A DNA stretch of 64,000 nucleotides from Thermodesulfobacteriota bacterium (GTDB lineage Bacteria > Desulfobacterota > Desulfobulbia > Desulfobulbales > SURF-16). Each line of letters starts with the position of its first letter. The stretch's first letter is position 1. Positions 38,770 to 50,569 of the stretch are shown piece by piece. Under the pieces are notes generated by a model. The model was not told where the DNA came from and did not search any database. It was given only the letters and a program-made list of their open reading frames with translations. The DNA is taken from NCBI GenBank assembly GCA_039715015.1, contig JBDLIE010000005.1:44460-108459 (forward strand), given 5' to 3'. A program made the position numbers and the translations under genes.

Positions 38770-40977
38770 ATGTCTAAAATAATCTGTTCAGCAGCAATTC
38801 GCGGTGCTCATAATATCGTGGATATGGCTGAGGAAAAATATGAAGAAGCCCTGAAGAAATATGGAGCGGATCAGGATGTCAGCTTTCCGAATACCGCCTA
38901 TTTCTTGCCCATTATCTACTCAATGCTTGGTGCCAAGGTCGAAAAGATTGGCGACATGAAGGATATCTTCCAGGAATGTCGCAAGCTTCTTCCTGAGCTT
39001 GTTACCGATCACACCTGGCTTCCCTATCTTGCTCCGGCCCTTGATGCTGGTATGGCCACCTATTTCGCTGAAGAGATGTATGAGGCCATTCGCTACATCG
39101 ATACACCTGAATTTTATACCAAGAGCGAAGATCCCACTGACAGCAATTTATGGCTTGGTGCTGCTGATGATGTCATCTTCCGTAAGCGTGGTGTAGAATT
39201 TGTTGATGGTTCTGCCCCTGGTTTTGCCGCAATTGTCGGTGCTCCTGATGATAAAGATGTAGCTTCTAAGATTGCCCTGGAGCTGCAGGAAAAGAATCTT
39301 TACATCTTCATGCACGACCACAGCAAAAACGGCAAAAACATGTCGCAGCAGTTGGTTGATAGTGGTGTTCAGGTTGGCTGGAATACCCGTCTGGTGCCTT
39401 TTGCTGATAATTATACATCCGTTGTTTTTGCCATTGGTTTTGCCTGTCGTGTGGCCATGGCCTTCGGTGGAATCAAGCCCGGTGATTACACCGGTAACCT
39501 GATTTACAATAAGGATCGTACCTTTGCCTTTGTTATGGCCTTTGGCGATGTCTCTGATGAGTGGTATGCCAATGCCGCTGGTGCCATCAACTGGGGCTTC
39601 CCAACCATCTCTGACTACGATATCCCTGAGGTGCTGCCAACTGGTATCTGCACCTACGAGCATGTTGTCTCCAACGTGCCCCATGATGAGTTTGTCCAGA
39701 AGGCCATTGAGGTCCGCGGCCTGAAGGTTAATGTTACCAAGATTGACATCCCCATGTCCTTTGGTCCTGCCTTTGAGGGTGAGCGTATCCGTAAGGATGA
39801 CCTGTTCATGGAATGTGGTGGTGGCCGTACAACTGGCGTTGAGGTTCTTATCTCCAAAGAGATGGACGAGGTTGAAGACGGCCTTGTTACTCTGGAAGGC
39901 TTAGATATCTCTGATATCAAACAGGGTCAGAACCTGCCCATCAGTATCCTGGTTGAGGTTGCCGGCCGCGAGATGCAGTCAGATTTTGAGCCTATTTTGG
40001 AGCGTCAATTCCATCACCTGATGAATTATATCCAGGGTATCATGCATATTGGTCAGCGTGATATTATGTGGATCAGGATTGGTCACGGTGCTGTTGAAAA
40101 AGGATTCTCTTTCAAGCACTTGGGTAAAGTGCTTCACGGAAAGCTTCATCAGGAGTTTGGTGCAATCCTTGATAAGGTTCAGGTTAAAATCTCCACTGTT
40201 CAGGAAACAGTTGAGCAGGTTCTTGCCCTTGCCAAAGAGACCTATGGTGAACGTGACCTTCGCCTCGGCAACATGACCGATGAGACTGAAGAGGTCTTCT
40301 ACTCATGTACCCTGTGTCAGTCTTTCGCCCCATCCCACGTCTGTGTTATCACCCCGGAGCGTGTCGGTATGTGTGGTGCCTATAACTGGCTGGATGGTAA
40401 GGCCTCTTTCCAGATCAACCCCACCGGACCGAACCAGCCCATTGAGAAGGGTGAATGTACTGATGAAGAGCTTGGTGATTTTGTCGGAATTAACGACTTT
40501 GTTAACCAGGCCTCCCGTGGTGCTGTCCCTGAGGTAAGCTGTTACTCCCTGATGAACAACCCCATGACCGCTTGCGGTTGTTTTGAGGCCATTGCTGCCA
40601 TGCTGCCTCAATGTAACGGCATCATGGTCGTTAACCGCGACTATATGGGGATGACACCTTCTGGTATGAAGTTCACCTCCCTGGCTGGTATGGCTGGTGG
40701 TGGCGCCCAGACCCCTGGTTTCATGGGTGTTTCTAAACATTACATGACCAGCCGTAAGCTGTTCATGGCTGAGGGTGGTCTCAAGCGTGTTGTTTGGATT
40801 CCTAAGATCCTCAAGGATGAGATTAGCGACAAGCTGAGGGCTCGCTGCGAAGAGATCGGTATGCCGGAACTTTACGATATGATTGCCACAGAAGAGCAGG
40901 GCACCACTGAAGAGGAAATCCTTGCCTTCCTGAAAGAAAAAGGTCATCCGGCCTTGGAGATGGAGTCTGCAGTATAA
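38770..40977 (+). CDS. acsB: Acetyl-CoA synthase
   Basis: FPNTAYFLP; A-cluster motifs YSCTLCQSFAPSHVC, GMCGA, PMTACGCFE. Confidence 0.96.
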   Translation: MSKIICSAAIRGAHNIVDMAEEKYEEALKKYGADQDVSFPNTAYFLPIIYSMLGAKVEKIGDMKDIFQECRKLLPELVTDHTWLPYLAPALDAGMATYFAEEMYEAIRYIDTPEFYTKSEDPTDSNLWLGAADDVIFRKRGVEFVDGSAPGFAAIVGAPDDKDVASKIALELQEKNLYIFMHDHSKNGKNMSQQLVDSGVQVGWNTRLVPFADNYTSVVFAIGFACRVAMAFGGIKPGDYTGNLIYNKDRTFAFVMAFGDVSDEWYANAAGAINWGFPTISDYDIPEVLPTGICTYEHVVSNVPHDEFVQKAIEVRGLKVNVTKIDIPMSFGPAFEGERIRKDDLFMECGGGRTTGVEVLISKEMDEVEDGLVTLEGLDISDIKQGQNLPISILVEVAGREMQSDFEPILERQFHHLMNYIQGIMHIGQRDIMWIRIGHGAVEKGFSFKHLGKVLHGKLHQEFGAILDKVQVKISTVQETVEQVLALAKETYGERDLRLGNMTDETEEVFYSCTLCQSFAPSHVCVITPERVGMCGAYNWLDGKASFQINPTGPNQPIEKGECTDEELGDFVGINDFVNQASRGAVPEVSCYSLMNNPMTACGCFEAIAAMLPQCNGIMVVNRDYMGMTPSGMKFTSLAGMAGGGAQTPGFMGVSKHYMTSRKLFMAEGGLKRVVWIPKILKDEISDKLRARCEEIGMPELYDMIATEEQGTTEEEILAFLKEKGHPALEMESAV

Positions 40978-41050
40978 GCCGACCCCCATTCTTACCCAGA
41001 TAATGATAAAAATTGATTGTATTTATATAAATAAGAGAGAGGGCTAGAAA

Positions 41051-42406
41051 ATGGCTTTAACTGGTATCCAGATCCTCAAAATGCTCCCCAAGAAGAATTG
41101 TGGTGAGTGTCAAATTCCTACCTGCCTTGCCTTTGCAATGAAAGTTGCAGCTGGTCAGGCTGAGATTGGCGAGTGTCCTTACGTAAGTGACGAAGCAAAG
41201 GCCACCATTGGCGAGGCCTCAGCCCCTCCTATCCGTACTGTTCAGGTGGGTAATGGCGACACCGCCTTTAAGGCTGGTGGTGAGACATGCCTCTATCGTC
41301 ATGAAAAGCGTTTTGAAAATCCCACTGGTATTGCCGTACTTGTTACAACGGAAATGGCAGATGCTGATGTTGACGGTCGGGTCGAGCGTTTTAAGACCCT
41401 TCGCTATGATCGCGTTGGCGTGAACTTGAAGGCCGATCTTATTGCTATCAAAGATAGTGACGGTGATCAGGGTAAGTTTACTAGCCTTGTTCAGAAAGTC
41501 CTGGATGGTGCAACTGATGCCAACATTATCCTCATGACTGAAGATGCCGGTAATATGGCTGCTGGAGCTAAACTCTGCGGCGACCGTAAGCCGCTTCTCT
41601 TTGGTGCCACCGATGGAAATGTTGGTGAAATGGCGGCATTAGCCAAAGATAGCGGTTACGCTTTGGGCTGTAAGGGTACCAATATGGATAACCTTGTTGA
41701 TGTGTCTGAAAAGGCTCAGGCAGAAGGCCTTAAGGACCTTATGATCGACACCGGTGCCCGTACCCTCCGTGCTGTTTTTGAAGACAATGTCGTTGCCCGT
41801 CGGGCCGCTGTTAACAGCAAGTATAAGCCCCTAGGTTTCCCGACCATCACCTTCCCCTGTGAGATGACTGACGATCCAATGATGGAGGCGATGATTGCCT
41901 CTGTTGTGATGGCTAAGTATGCCGGCATAGTGGTTCTGTCTGATCTTCAGGGCGATATTCTCTTTCCTCTGCTTCTTGAGCAGCTGAACATCTTCACTGA
42001 TCCTCAGCGCCCAATGGTTGTTCAGGAGGACATTTATAATATCAACGGGCCTGACGAGAATTCTCCGGTCCTGATTACCTGTAACTTCTCACTGACTTAT
42101 TTCATTGTCTCTGGTGAGATTGAGGGTGCTAATGTTCCTTCCTGGTTATTGATCAAGGATACAGAGGGCCTGTCCGTTCTTACTGCCTGGGCTGCTGGTA
42201 AATTTGGTGCAGATCTCATTGCTCAGTTCATGAAGAAGGCTGCCATTGAGGATAAGGTCAAGCATCGTGAGCTGATCATTCCCGGTTATCTTGCCTCTAT
42301 GAAGGGTGAGCTTGAGGAAGAGCTCCCTGGTTGGACCATCACCATTGGTCCCCGTGAGGCTGGTCACCTGCCATCCTTTCTGAAAGAATGGAAACCTGCA
42401 GCCTAA
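41051..42406 (+). CDS. acsC: Corrinoid iron-sulfur protein large subunit
   Basis: LPKKNCGECQIPTCLAFAM...CPY; NIFTDPQRP; GLSVLTAWAAGKF; GPREA. Confidence 0.96.
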   Translation: MALTGIQILKMLPKKNCGECQIPTCLAFAMKVAAGQAEIGECPYVSDEAKATIGEASAPPIRTVQVGNGDTAFKAGGETCLYRHEKRFENPTGIAVLVTTEMADADVDGRVERFKTLRYDRVGVNLKADLIAIKDSDGDQGKFTSLVQKVLDGATDANIILMTEDAGNMAAGAKLCGDRKPLLFGATDGNVGEMAALAKDSGYALGCKGTNMDNLVDVSEKAQAEGLKDLMIDTGARTLRAVFEDNVVARRAAVNSKYKPLGFPTITFPCEMTDDPMMEAMIASVVMAKYAGIVVLSDLQGDILFPLLLEQLNIFTDPQRPMVVQEDIYNINGPDENSPVLITCNFSLTYFIVSGEIEGANVPSWLLIKDTEGLSVLTAWAAGKFGADLIAQFMKKAAIEDKVKHRELIIPGYLASMKGELEEELPGWTITIGPREAGHLPSFLKEWKPAA

Positions 42407-42523
42407 TCAAACTGTTGTTGAAGAAATAAGGATTCAGAGGATGTGATAGTTTGGCTGTCTTATGCTGGCCAACTGTCCTTTTTTTGAACTCTTCATTCTT
42501 AAGTCTTAGATTCGTAAAGAAAC

Positions 42524-45500
42524 ATGTCGACGATTACTTTAGAAATAGACGGCTCTGAAATCATTGCCGAAGACGGGCTTACTATCCTCGAAATAGCTAA
42601 GCGTTCGGGGATTCATATTCCTACCCTTTGTCATGTCAATGGCAAGCATGGTCAAGTTCCCTGCCAGCTCTGTGTTGTTGAGGTTGAAGGTTCTGATGAT
42701 TTTGTGCGCTCCTGTGCCACTGTTGCCACAGCAGGCATGAAAATTATCACTGAATCAAAAGACCTGACAAAACATCGGCAGGATAGACTTTCCACTGTTT
42801 CAGCCAGCCATTTTGGTGACTGTAAGGCTCCCTGTAACCTTACCTGCCCTGGCCAGCTTAATGTCCAAGGTTATATTGCCCATGTTTCCAAGGGGGAATA
42901 TGAAGAGGCGCTGCGCCTTGTCATGGATCGTAATCCCTTCCCCTTTTCCGTGGGCAGGGTGTGTCCTCGTTTCTGCGAAACACGGTGCAGGCGCCTGATG
43001 GTTGATGAACCTGTTTCTATCAACCATCTTAAGCGTTTTGTTGCTGATTGGTGCATGACCAATAACATTGACCTGCATATCCCCCGGGAGAAGAATACAG
43101 GCAAGCGTGTTGCTGTTATCGGCGGTGGCCCTGCCGGATTGACTGCGGCCTATTTTCTTGCCCAAAAGGGCCATGAAGTTACTGTTTTTGAAGCAAACCC
43201 CAAGGTCGGCGGTATGCTTCGCTATGGAATGCCTGAATATAAGATTCCCCGTAAGGTTCTTGATTATGAGACGAACATGATCATGAAAATGGGGATTTCA
43301 GTCCGTTTGAATCAAAAATGGGGTGAAGATTTTAATCTCCAGGACCTGAAGGACCAGGGCCATGATGCCATTTTCGTCGCCACTGGCGCCGGGGTAGATG
43401 TTCGTCTGGATGTTCCAGGCTGTCAGCTCCCAATGGTTCATCGTGCGGCTGAATTCCTTAAGGCTATAGCCACTGGCAAAAAACGTAATTATGGCAAAAC
43501 CGCTGCTGTTATTGGCGGTAATAATATTGCCATGGAATGCGCCCGCTCTTTATTACGGCAAGGTGTTGAGCAGGTTACCGTGATTTTTCACCGTGCTCAG
43601 GAAGAGATGACTGCTAACCAGCGTGTCATCCGCCAGGCTCTTGGTGAAGGTGTTCAATTCCTGCTTATGGCCGCCCCTGTTCAGGTTTCAGATGTTGACG
43701 GGAAGATGAAGGTGGAGCTTGTCCGTATGCGGCTTGGCGAACCTGACGAAAAGGGCACCAGACATCCTGAGGCGGTTCCAAACTCCAGTAATTCCTTAAT
43801 CGTTGATACTGTAGTTTCTTCCTTGGGGCAGATGGCCTGCGATGGTTCCTTTGCTGGAGGTGAGTTGGAAAATGAGCTTGCGATTTCACCGAAAAATACC
43901 ATAAAGGCTTCGCCTCGTGACTTTTTGACTTCTGTCCCTGGGGTCTATGCGGCTGGTGATTGCGTATCCGGACCTAGAACAGTTATCCAGACGGTTGTTG
44001 CAGCCCGTAAGGCTGCAAACAATATCCACGCCTTTATTACTGGTGAACCGAAAGAAGAGGCGGACAACAGGTTTAACTTCACCCGCGGTAAATCCTTTGA
44101 TCAGGTTGATATGGCCAACTTCGAAGGTGTCGGCATTAAGCTTCGTGAGAAGATGCCCACCCGGCCACCGGAAACAGCTATTCAGGATTTCAGCGAGGTC
44201 AAGCTCGGTTTCTCTGAAGAGATGGCCAAGAATGAGGCAGATCGTTGTCTCTCCTGTGGTTGTACAGCCTTTGATCGCTGTGATCTAAAAAAATTGGATA
44301 TTGATCACAAGGTCAATATCAATAAGACCGGCATGGGCACCACACCTATTTATGCCAAGGATACTTCCCATCCGGTTATCACGGTTGACCTAAATAAGTG
44401 TGTCTATTGTCAGCGCTGTGTAAACAGCTGTGAGTATGATGCCCTTGATCTGGGCCATGACGGTTTTGATGAAAATGGCATGCCGGCCAATATCAGCCTT
44501 AACTTTAATGACAACTGTGTAAACTGCGGTAATTGTGTTGATAATTGCTCGACTGGTTCCCTTAATAAGAAAACCTCCATCGTCCCCCTTAACTATGAGA
44601 AGATGGAAGAGGTACGGACCACCTGTCCTTATTGTGGTGCTGGTTGCCAGCTCCTTTTAAAGGTCAAAGGCGACACCTTGATGGAAGTTTCTTCAGAGCC
44701 TGATCTGGCCCCTAATTATGGCGCTCTCTGTGTTAAGGGACGTTTTGCCCATAATTTTGTCCAGTCAGAAGAGCGCCTCACCAAGCCTCTTGTTCGGCGT
44801 CATGGCCAGTTAGTTGAGACGACCTGGGAAGATGCCTATAACGTCATTGCCAAGAATTTCTTCGATATCAAGTCCATGTATGGCCCTGACTCCATTGCCG
44901 GTTTCAGCTGCGCACGGGCGACCAACGAAGAAAATTATTTAATGCAGAAATTTATGCGCACAGCGATCGGCACTAATAACATCGATCACTGTGCCCGACT
45001 CTGACACGCTCCCACGGTGGCCAGTTTGGCCCTCACCTTTGGCAGCGGCGCAATGACTAACTCCATTGCAGATACAGAGAAGACAGATCTCTTTTTGATG
45101 ATTGGTTCAAACCCTGATACCGGTCATCCCACCATTGGCCTTCGTGTTCATCAGGCGGTTGATCGTGGCGCTAAACTTATTGTCGTTGATCCCCGCCGCA
45201 CTAAGCTTGCTGACCGTGCTGATCATTGGCTGCGTATCGAGCCTGGTACGGATGTCGCCTTCCTTAACGGTTTGATGCATATCATTCTCGAAGAGGATCT
45301 CTGGGACAAGAAGTTTGTTGAGGACCGCACCGAAGATTTTGATGAGTTGCAAAGGCTGGTCAAAAAATATACCCCAGAACATGTCTCCGGCATTACCGGT
45401 ATTCCGGAGGAGCAACTCTATGCCGTTGCCCGGCTCTATGCCGCAGAAGGGCGCCATGCCATCTTCCACGGTATGGGTATCACCCATTATGTAACTGGTA

Positions 45501-46651
45501 CTGACCGTGTGAAGAGTATTGCCAATCTTGCCATGCTCTGCGGTAAGGTCGGTGTCGAAGGTGGTGGCTGTAACCCTCTGCGCGGCCAGAACAATGTCCA
45601 GGGCGCCTGTGATATGGGTGCGCTCTTTAATACCCTGCCTGGTTATGGCGCTCTTAATAATGAAAATATGCTGGACAGGCTGGAAGAGCTCTGGAAGGTT
45701 AAGGTCCCGCGTAAGCCTGGTAAGCCTGCCACTGAGGTTTGGGACAATGTTACTAGTGGCGATATTCGCGCCCTCTATGTCTTTGGTGAAGATCCAGCTG
45801 TTGCTGATGCCAATATCGCCCACGTCCAGGCTGCCCTTGAGAAGGTGGATTTCCTGGTGGTTCAGGACCTCTTTCTTACCGATACAGCCAAGGCTGCTGA
45901 CGTTGTTTTGCCCGCCGCCTGCTTTGCAGAAAAGGACGGAACCTTTTCCAATACCGAACGCCGTGTCCAGAGGGTTCGTAAGGCCGTCAATCCTCCCGGT
46001 GATGCCAAACCGGACTGGCAGATTTTCTCTGAGCTCTCCCAGAAGATGGGATATGACAACATGCAATACAGCTCAGCAGAAGAGGTCTTTGAGGAGATTC
46101 GTAATCTTCTTCCCCAGTATAAGGGCATTACCTACCAGCGTTTGGAAGAGGTTGGCTTGCAGTGGCCTGTGCCCACAGAGGATCATCCTGGCACGCCGGT
46201 CCTCCATACCGAGACCTTTACCCGCGGCAAAGGTCTGTTCATCCCTGAGGATTATATCCCACCCGTTGAACTGCCGGACGATGAGTATCCCATGAAGTTT
46301 ACCACGGGCCGTGATATTGCCCGTTATAACTTCAGCAGTATGACCGGTAAAACCGCTGAAATTGATGTTATCAGCCCAGAGGCCTTTGCTGAGGTCAATC
46401 CTGTTGATGCTGAACGTCTCGGTATCAAGGAGGGCAACTGGATTCGGATGACCTCTCGCCGCGGTTCCGTTGAGATGCGGGCGACCATTACTGATCGTTC
46501 CCAACTGGGGACAATTTTTACAACATATAACCATATAGAAGCGTTAGTTAACTTCTTGACTCTGGATGCCCTGGATCGTCTTTCCAGGACTCCGGAATAT
46601 AAGCTCTGTGCAATTAAAGTTGAAGTACTAGGTGATGATTTGTCCAACTAG
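42524..46651 (+). CDS. fdhA: Selenocysteine-containing formate dehydrogenase alpha subunit fused to 2Fe-2S, GltD-like flavin and ferredoxin modules (1375 aa)
   Basis: The two track ORFs (42524, 45017) are in frame, joined by TGA 45002-45004 in NNIDHCARL-U-HAPTV. Also CPYCGAGC, LCVKG, PLRGQNNVQG, and an N-terminal GGGPAG flavin module. Confidence 0.93.
45016..45037 (+). promoter_or_regulatory. SECIS-like hairpin (fdhA)
   Basis: GGTG-GCCA-GTT-TGGC-cct-CACC; apical G 20 nt after the UGA. Confidence 0.75.
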
Positions 46652-46684
46652 GACAATAGAATATTTTACTTATTTGGTGTGATT

Positions 46685-49600
46685 ATGGGACAAGCAAAAG
46701 GGAAAGGATCCGGATCAGTAATGGTCGTCGGTGGTGGTATCGCCGGTGTCCAGGCTGCTCTTGATCTTACCGAACTTGGCTATTATGTCTATTTAGTGGA
46801 AAAGGGGCCCGCTGTCGGCGGCGCTATGGCCCAGCTCGATAAAACGTTTCCGACCAATGATTGTTCGCTTTGAATCCTGGCGCCTAAGCTGGTAGAGGCC
46901 GGTCGGTCTCCAAATATCGAAATAGTCAGTAACGCTGATCTTCTCTCTCTTGAGGGAAAACCAGGTGATTTTAAAGCAAAAGTACGCCTGCGTCCCCGGT
47001 ATATTGATGCAGATAAGTGTACAGCCTGCGGGCTCTGTACTCAGTACTGCCCCCGTCATCTTACCGATGAGTACAATGAAGGCTTGTCAATAACCAGACC
47101 CATCCATATTGACTATCCTCAGGCAGTACCCGCCACCTACTACATTGATCCGGGCGCCTGCCTGCATCTTAAGCATGATACCTGTCAGATCTGTGTGCCG
47201 GTTTGCCAATCAAAGGCTATTGATTTTAGTCAGAAGCCTACGGATAAGACCCTGTCCGTCGGGGCAGTGATCATGTCTCCAGGTTTCGGTAAGATTTCAG
47301 ACGAAACCTTGGCCCAGTTCGGCTATGGCAAGCATCCAGATGTTGTTACCTCATTGGAATTCGAGAGAATGACCAATGCCTCCGGCCCCTTTGAGGGTGA
47401 GGTGGTCTGTGCTGATAAATCCCATCCTAAGCGTCTGGCCTTCATTCAATGCGTAGGTTCCCGTGACCTTGGCTGCGGCAACGGCTATTGTTCCTCTGTG
47501 TGCTGTATGTACGCCATTAAAGAGGCCATGGTAGCCAAAGAGCATGATCCTGAGTGTGAGGTCACCATTTTCTACATGGATATCCGGACCCAGGGTAAGG
47601 ATTTTGACATGGCCCGTACCCGGGCGGAAGAGCAATATGGCGTCAAATTCGTCCGTGCTAAGGTTGCTGATGTTATGCCTTGGGGTAAAGACCTGAAGCT
47701 GACCTATGCCACCATGGACGGTAATCATCGTTTTGAGGCCTTTGATATGGTTGTTCTCTCAGTTGGCTTGGACTCCCCTAAGGATGCCAAGAATCTTGCT
47801 GAGATTGGCGATTTTGGCCTCAATGAGTATGACTTTGCCCAGACCGCTACCTTTGATCCACTGCAGACCAGTCGACCTGGAGTGATGGTGGCAGGTGCTT
47901 TTCAGGGCCCTAAGGATATTCCTGAGTCAGCCACCCAATCATCTGCTGCTGCCAGTCTTGCTGCCGGCATCATGAAGGAACAGCGCAACGCTGCCATCGT
48001 CGTTAAGGAATACCCAAAGGAGCAAGAGGTTGCTGAGGACGATGAGGTTCGCATCGGCGTCTTTGTCTGCCATTGCGGTATTAATATTAGCAGCACGGTT
48101 GATGTGGAAAAGGTTGCTAACTACGCCGGTGGTATGGAGAATGTCGCCTACTATAGCGAAACCCTCTATGCCTGCTCTCAGGATGCCCAGGAGGTTATCA
48201 AGGAGAAGATTAAGGAGCATAAGCTGAACCGTCTGGTTATGTCTGCCTGTTCTCCCCGTACCCATGAGCCTCTTTTTCAGGAGACCTTGAAGGATGCCGG
48301 GTTGAACCGCTCTCTCTTTGAGATGGTCAATATCCGTGACCATTGTTCCTGGGTTCATGCCCAAGAGCCGGAAGAGGCCACTGATAAGTCCATGGACCTT
48401 GTCCGTATGGGTGTTGCCAAGGCCCGCCATATCAAGCCCCTGCCTGAGCAGAAGGTGCCTGTAACATCCGGGGCCCTGATCATTGGTGGTGGTGTTGCCG
48501 GTATGACCGCGGCTGAGAATCTCGCCAACCAGGGGTTTGAGTGTCATCTTGTTGAACGGGATGCCAAACTGGGCGGTAATCTTGCCAATATTAAGTCCAC
48601 CATCTGGGGTGATGATCCAGCGACCTTGCTCAAGGATCTCACCGCCCGGGTGAAGAAGAATAAGAACATATCCGTTTATACTAATACGGAACTGGCTACC
48701 ACCTCTGGTTTTATCGGTAATTTCTCCTCGGTCATTGCCAAGAAATCAGCCCAAAAGACCACTGAGAAGACCATTGACCATGGTGTCATTGTTATGGCCA
48801 CTGGCGGCAAGGAGCATCGCACCAAGAACTTTATGCTCGGCAAGGACAAGAAGGTTGTTACCCAACTTGAGCTTGAGGCCAAGCTGGCTGGCAAGGGCAA
48901 GAACAGGGCTCCTGGCTCGGTGGTGATGATCCAGTGTGCTGGCAGCCGCGGTGATGACCTCAATTACTGCTCCAAGGTTTGCTGTAATCAGGCCGTTAAG
49001 AACGCCCTGAAAATCAAAGAGATAAACCCTGAATCGCAGGTAATTGTTCTCTATCGCGATATGCGTACCTATGGCTATGCTGAGGATGCCTATCGTGAGG
49101 CCCGTCAGAAGGGTGTTATTTTTATTCCTTACGAGGTGGATGACAAGCCCAAGGTTCATAACAAAGGTAAGTCAACCGTGGTTTCCTTCTTTGATCCCAT
49201 CCTTCAGGATAAGGTGACCATGAATCCTGATATGGTTGCCCTCAGTGTTGGTGTGGTTCCTGAGGGAACTGAAGAGCTTTCCAAGCTTCTTAAGGCTCCG
49301 GTCACTGCTGATGAGTTCTATCTTGAGGCCCATGTTAAGCTGCGGCCTGTCGAGCTTTCCGTAGACGGTGTTTATGTCTGCGGTCTGGCCCACTCGCCGA
49401 AGCCTATCGAAGAGACCATTGTTCAGGCCCAGGCTGCGGCTGGTAAGGCAGCTATTCCGTTGGTCAGTGGTTCTGTTACCGTAGCACCTATTGTTTCCAT
49501 CATTGATAAGGAAGCCTGTATTGGTTGCGGTATCTGTGAGGCCCTCTGTCCCTATAAGGCCATCAAGATGGTCAAGGTTGACAAGAAGCGCAAGGCCGAG

Positions 49601-49738
49601 ACCATTGCCGCTTCCTGTAAGACTTGCGGTATCTGCGCCTCACGTTGCCCCACCTTTGCCATTGACATGGGTGGTTTCACCCAGGATCAAATTTTTGCCC
49701 AGATTGCCGCCTTTGGCGCCATTGAAGAGGATAAGTAA
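46685..49738 (+). CDS. hdrA: Selenocysteine-containing HdrA-family flavoprotein with a duplicated HdrA core (1017 aa)
   Basis: TGA 46871-46873 lies in [18 protein letters not shown], and the frame stays open into the 47084 ORF. Two GGGxAG and two IQCxGSR...YCSxVCC motifs; internal GVFVCHCG...ACSPRTHE; ferredoxin motifs. Confidence 0.93.
46890..46912 (+). promoter_or_regulatory. SECIS-like hairpin (hdrA)
   Basis: TGG-ta-GAGGCC-GGTC-GGTCTC-CA; apical G about 28 nt after the UGA. Confidence 0.65.
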
Positions 49739-50334
49739 TGAGTGATTATAATCCCAAAATATTAGGGTTTCTCTGTAACTGGTGTTGTTACGCTGCAGCA
49801 GATGCTGCCGGTGTTGCCCGTTACCAATACCCGCCTAATCTTCGAACCATCCGTGTTATGTGTACTGGCCGTATTGACCCTGCCTTTATTCTCCGTGGCT
49901 TTGTCGAAGGTGCCGCCGGCATCTTCACAGGCGGCTGACAACTTGGCGAATGCCATTACCAGTTTGGTAATTATGATGCCATGGGTGTTGATGCTCTTGT
50001 TCACAAGGTTCTTCGTGATATCGGTGTAGATGAACGTCGTTATAATCTGCAATGGGCCTCTGCTGCTGAAGCCCCTCGTTTCGTTAAGCTCATTACTGAG
50101 TTTACCGCTCAGGTTCGCGAGCTTGGTCCTCTGGGCCATGCTGAAGGTGTAGCCCCTGATGAGATGAAGGACCGTCTTGAAACAGCCCTTGAGGCCCTCT
50201 CAAGTCGAAAGGTACGAACCACGTTTGGTACGGCGACACGTTCACTGCGAAAGGACAATGTCTTAGATAAAAAGGCAATCACTGAGACTGTTGAAACAAA
50301 AATTGAAAAGAGTTTGGCTTCAGCACTGGGCTAA
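49738..50334 (+). CDS. mvhD: Selenocysteine-containing MvhD/FlpD [2Fe-2S] subunit
   Basis: FLCNWCCY, RVMCTGR, then GG-U(TGA 49936-49938)-QLGECHY in frame with the 49981 ORF (WASAAEAPRF). Confidence 0.92.
49955..49971 (+). promoter_or_regulatory. SECIS-like hairpin (mvhD)
   Basis: ATTACCA-GTT-TGGTAAT perfect stem; apical G 24 nt after the UGA; same CCAGTTTGG apex as in fdhA. Confidence 0.75.
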
Positions 50335-50356
50335 ACATCTTTTTATCTAGAACCTC

Positions 50357-50398
50357 AAGGGGCCTGATCGACGTTATGTCGGTCAGGCCCCTTTTTTT
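50357..50398 (+). terminator. Rho-independent terminator closing the Wood-Ljungdahl/fdh-hdrA-mvhD run
   Basis: AAGGGGCCTGATCGAC...GTCGGTCAGGCCCCTT followed by a T run. Confidence 0.9.
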
Positions 50399-50569
50399 GT
50401 GGCCTATTCCCCTTATCCCTCCTTATTTATGCGCTCGAAAACTCTTCTAGCTAGAGCATAATAAATAACTATCCACAGTCATTGACTGTTCGTAATGACA
50501 CTCTTAAATTCTTTAAAAAGGTCTTTTATTTCATCTCGCATCATTCTTCTAGTCCATGGAGGACCTGAA

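Noticed and set aside
28499..49393. Long antisense ORFs (e.g. 28499-29398, 34028-35098, 45107-46066)
   Set aside because: They are shadows of strongly codon-biased sense genes, with no motifs or RBS.
45002..49938. fdhA, hdrA and mvhD as pseudogenes or split genes
   Set aside because: All three stops are TGA at Cys-equivalent sites, frames continue, and SECIS-like hairpins follow.
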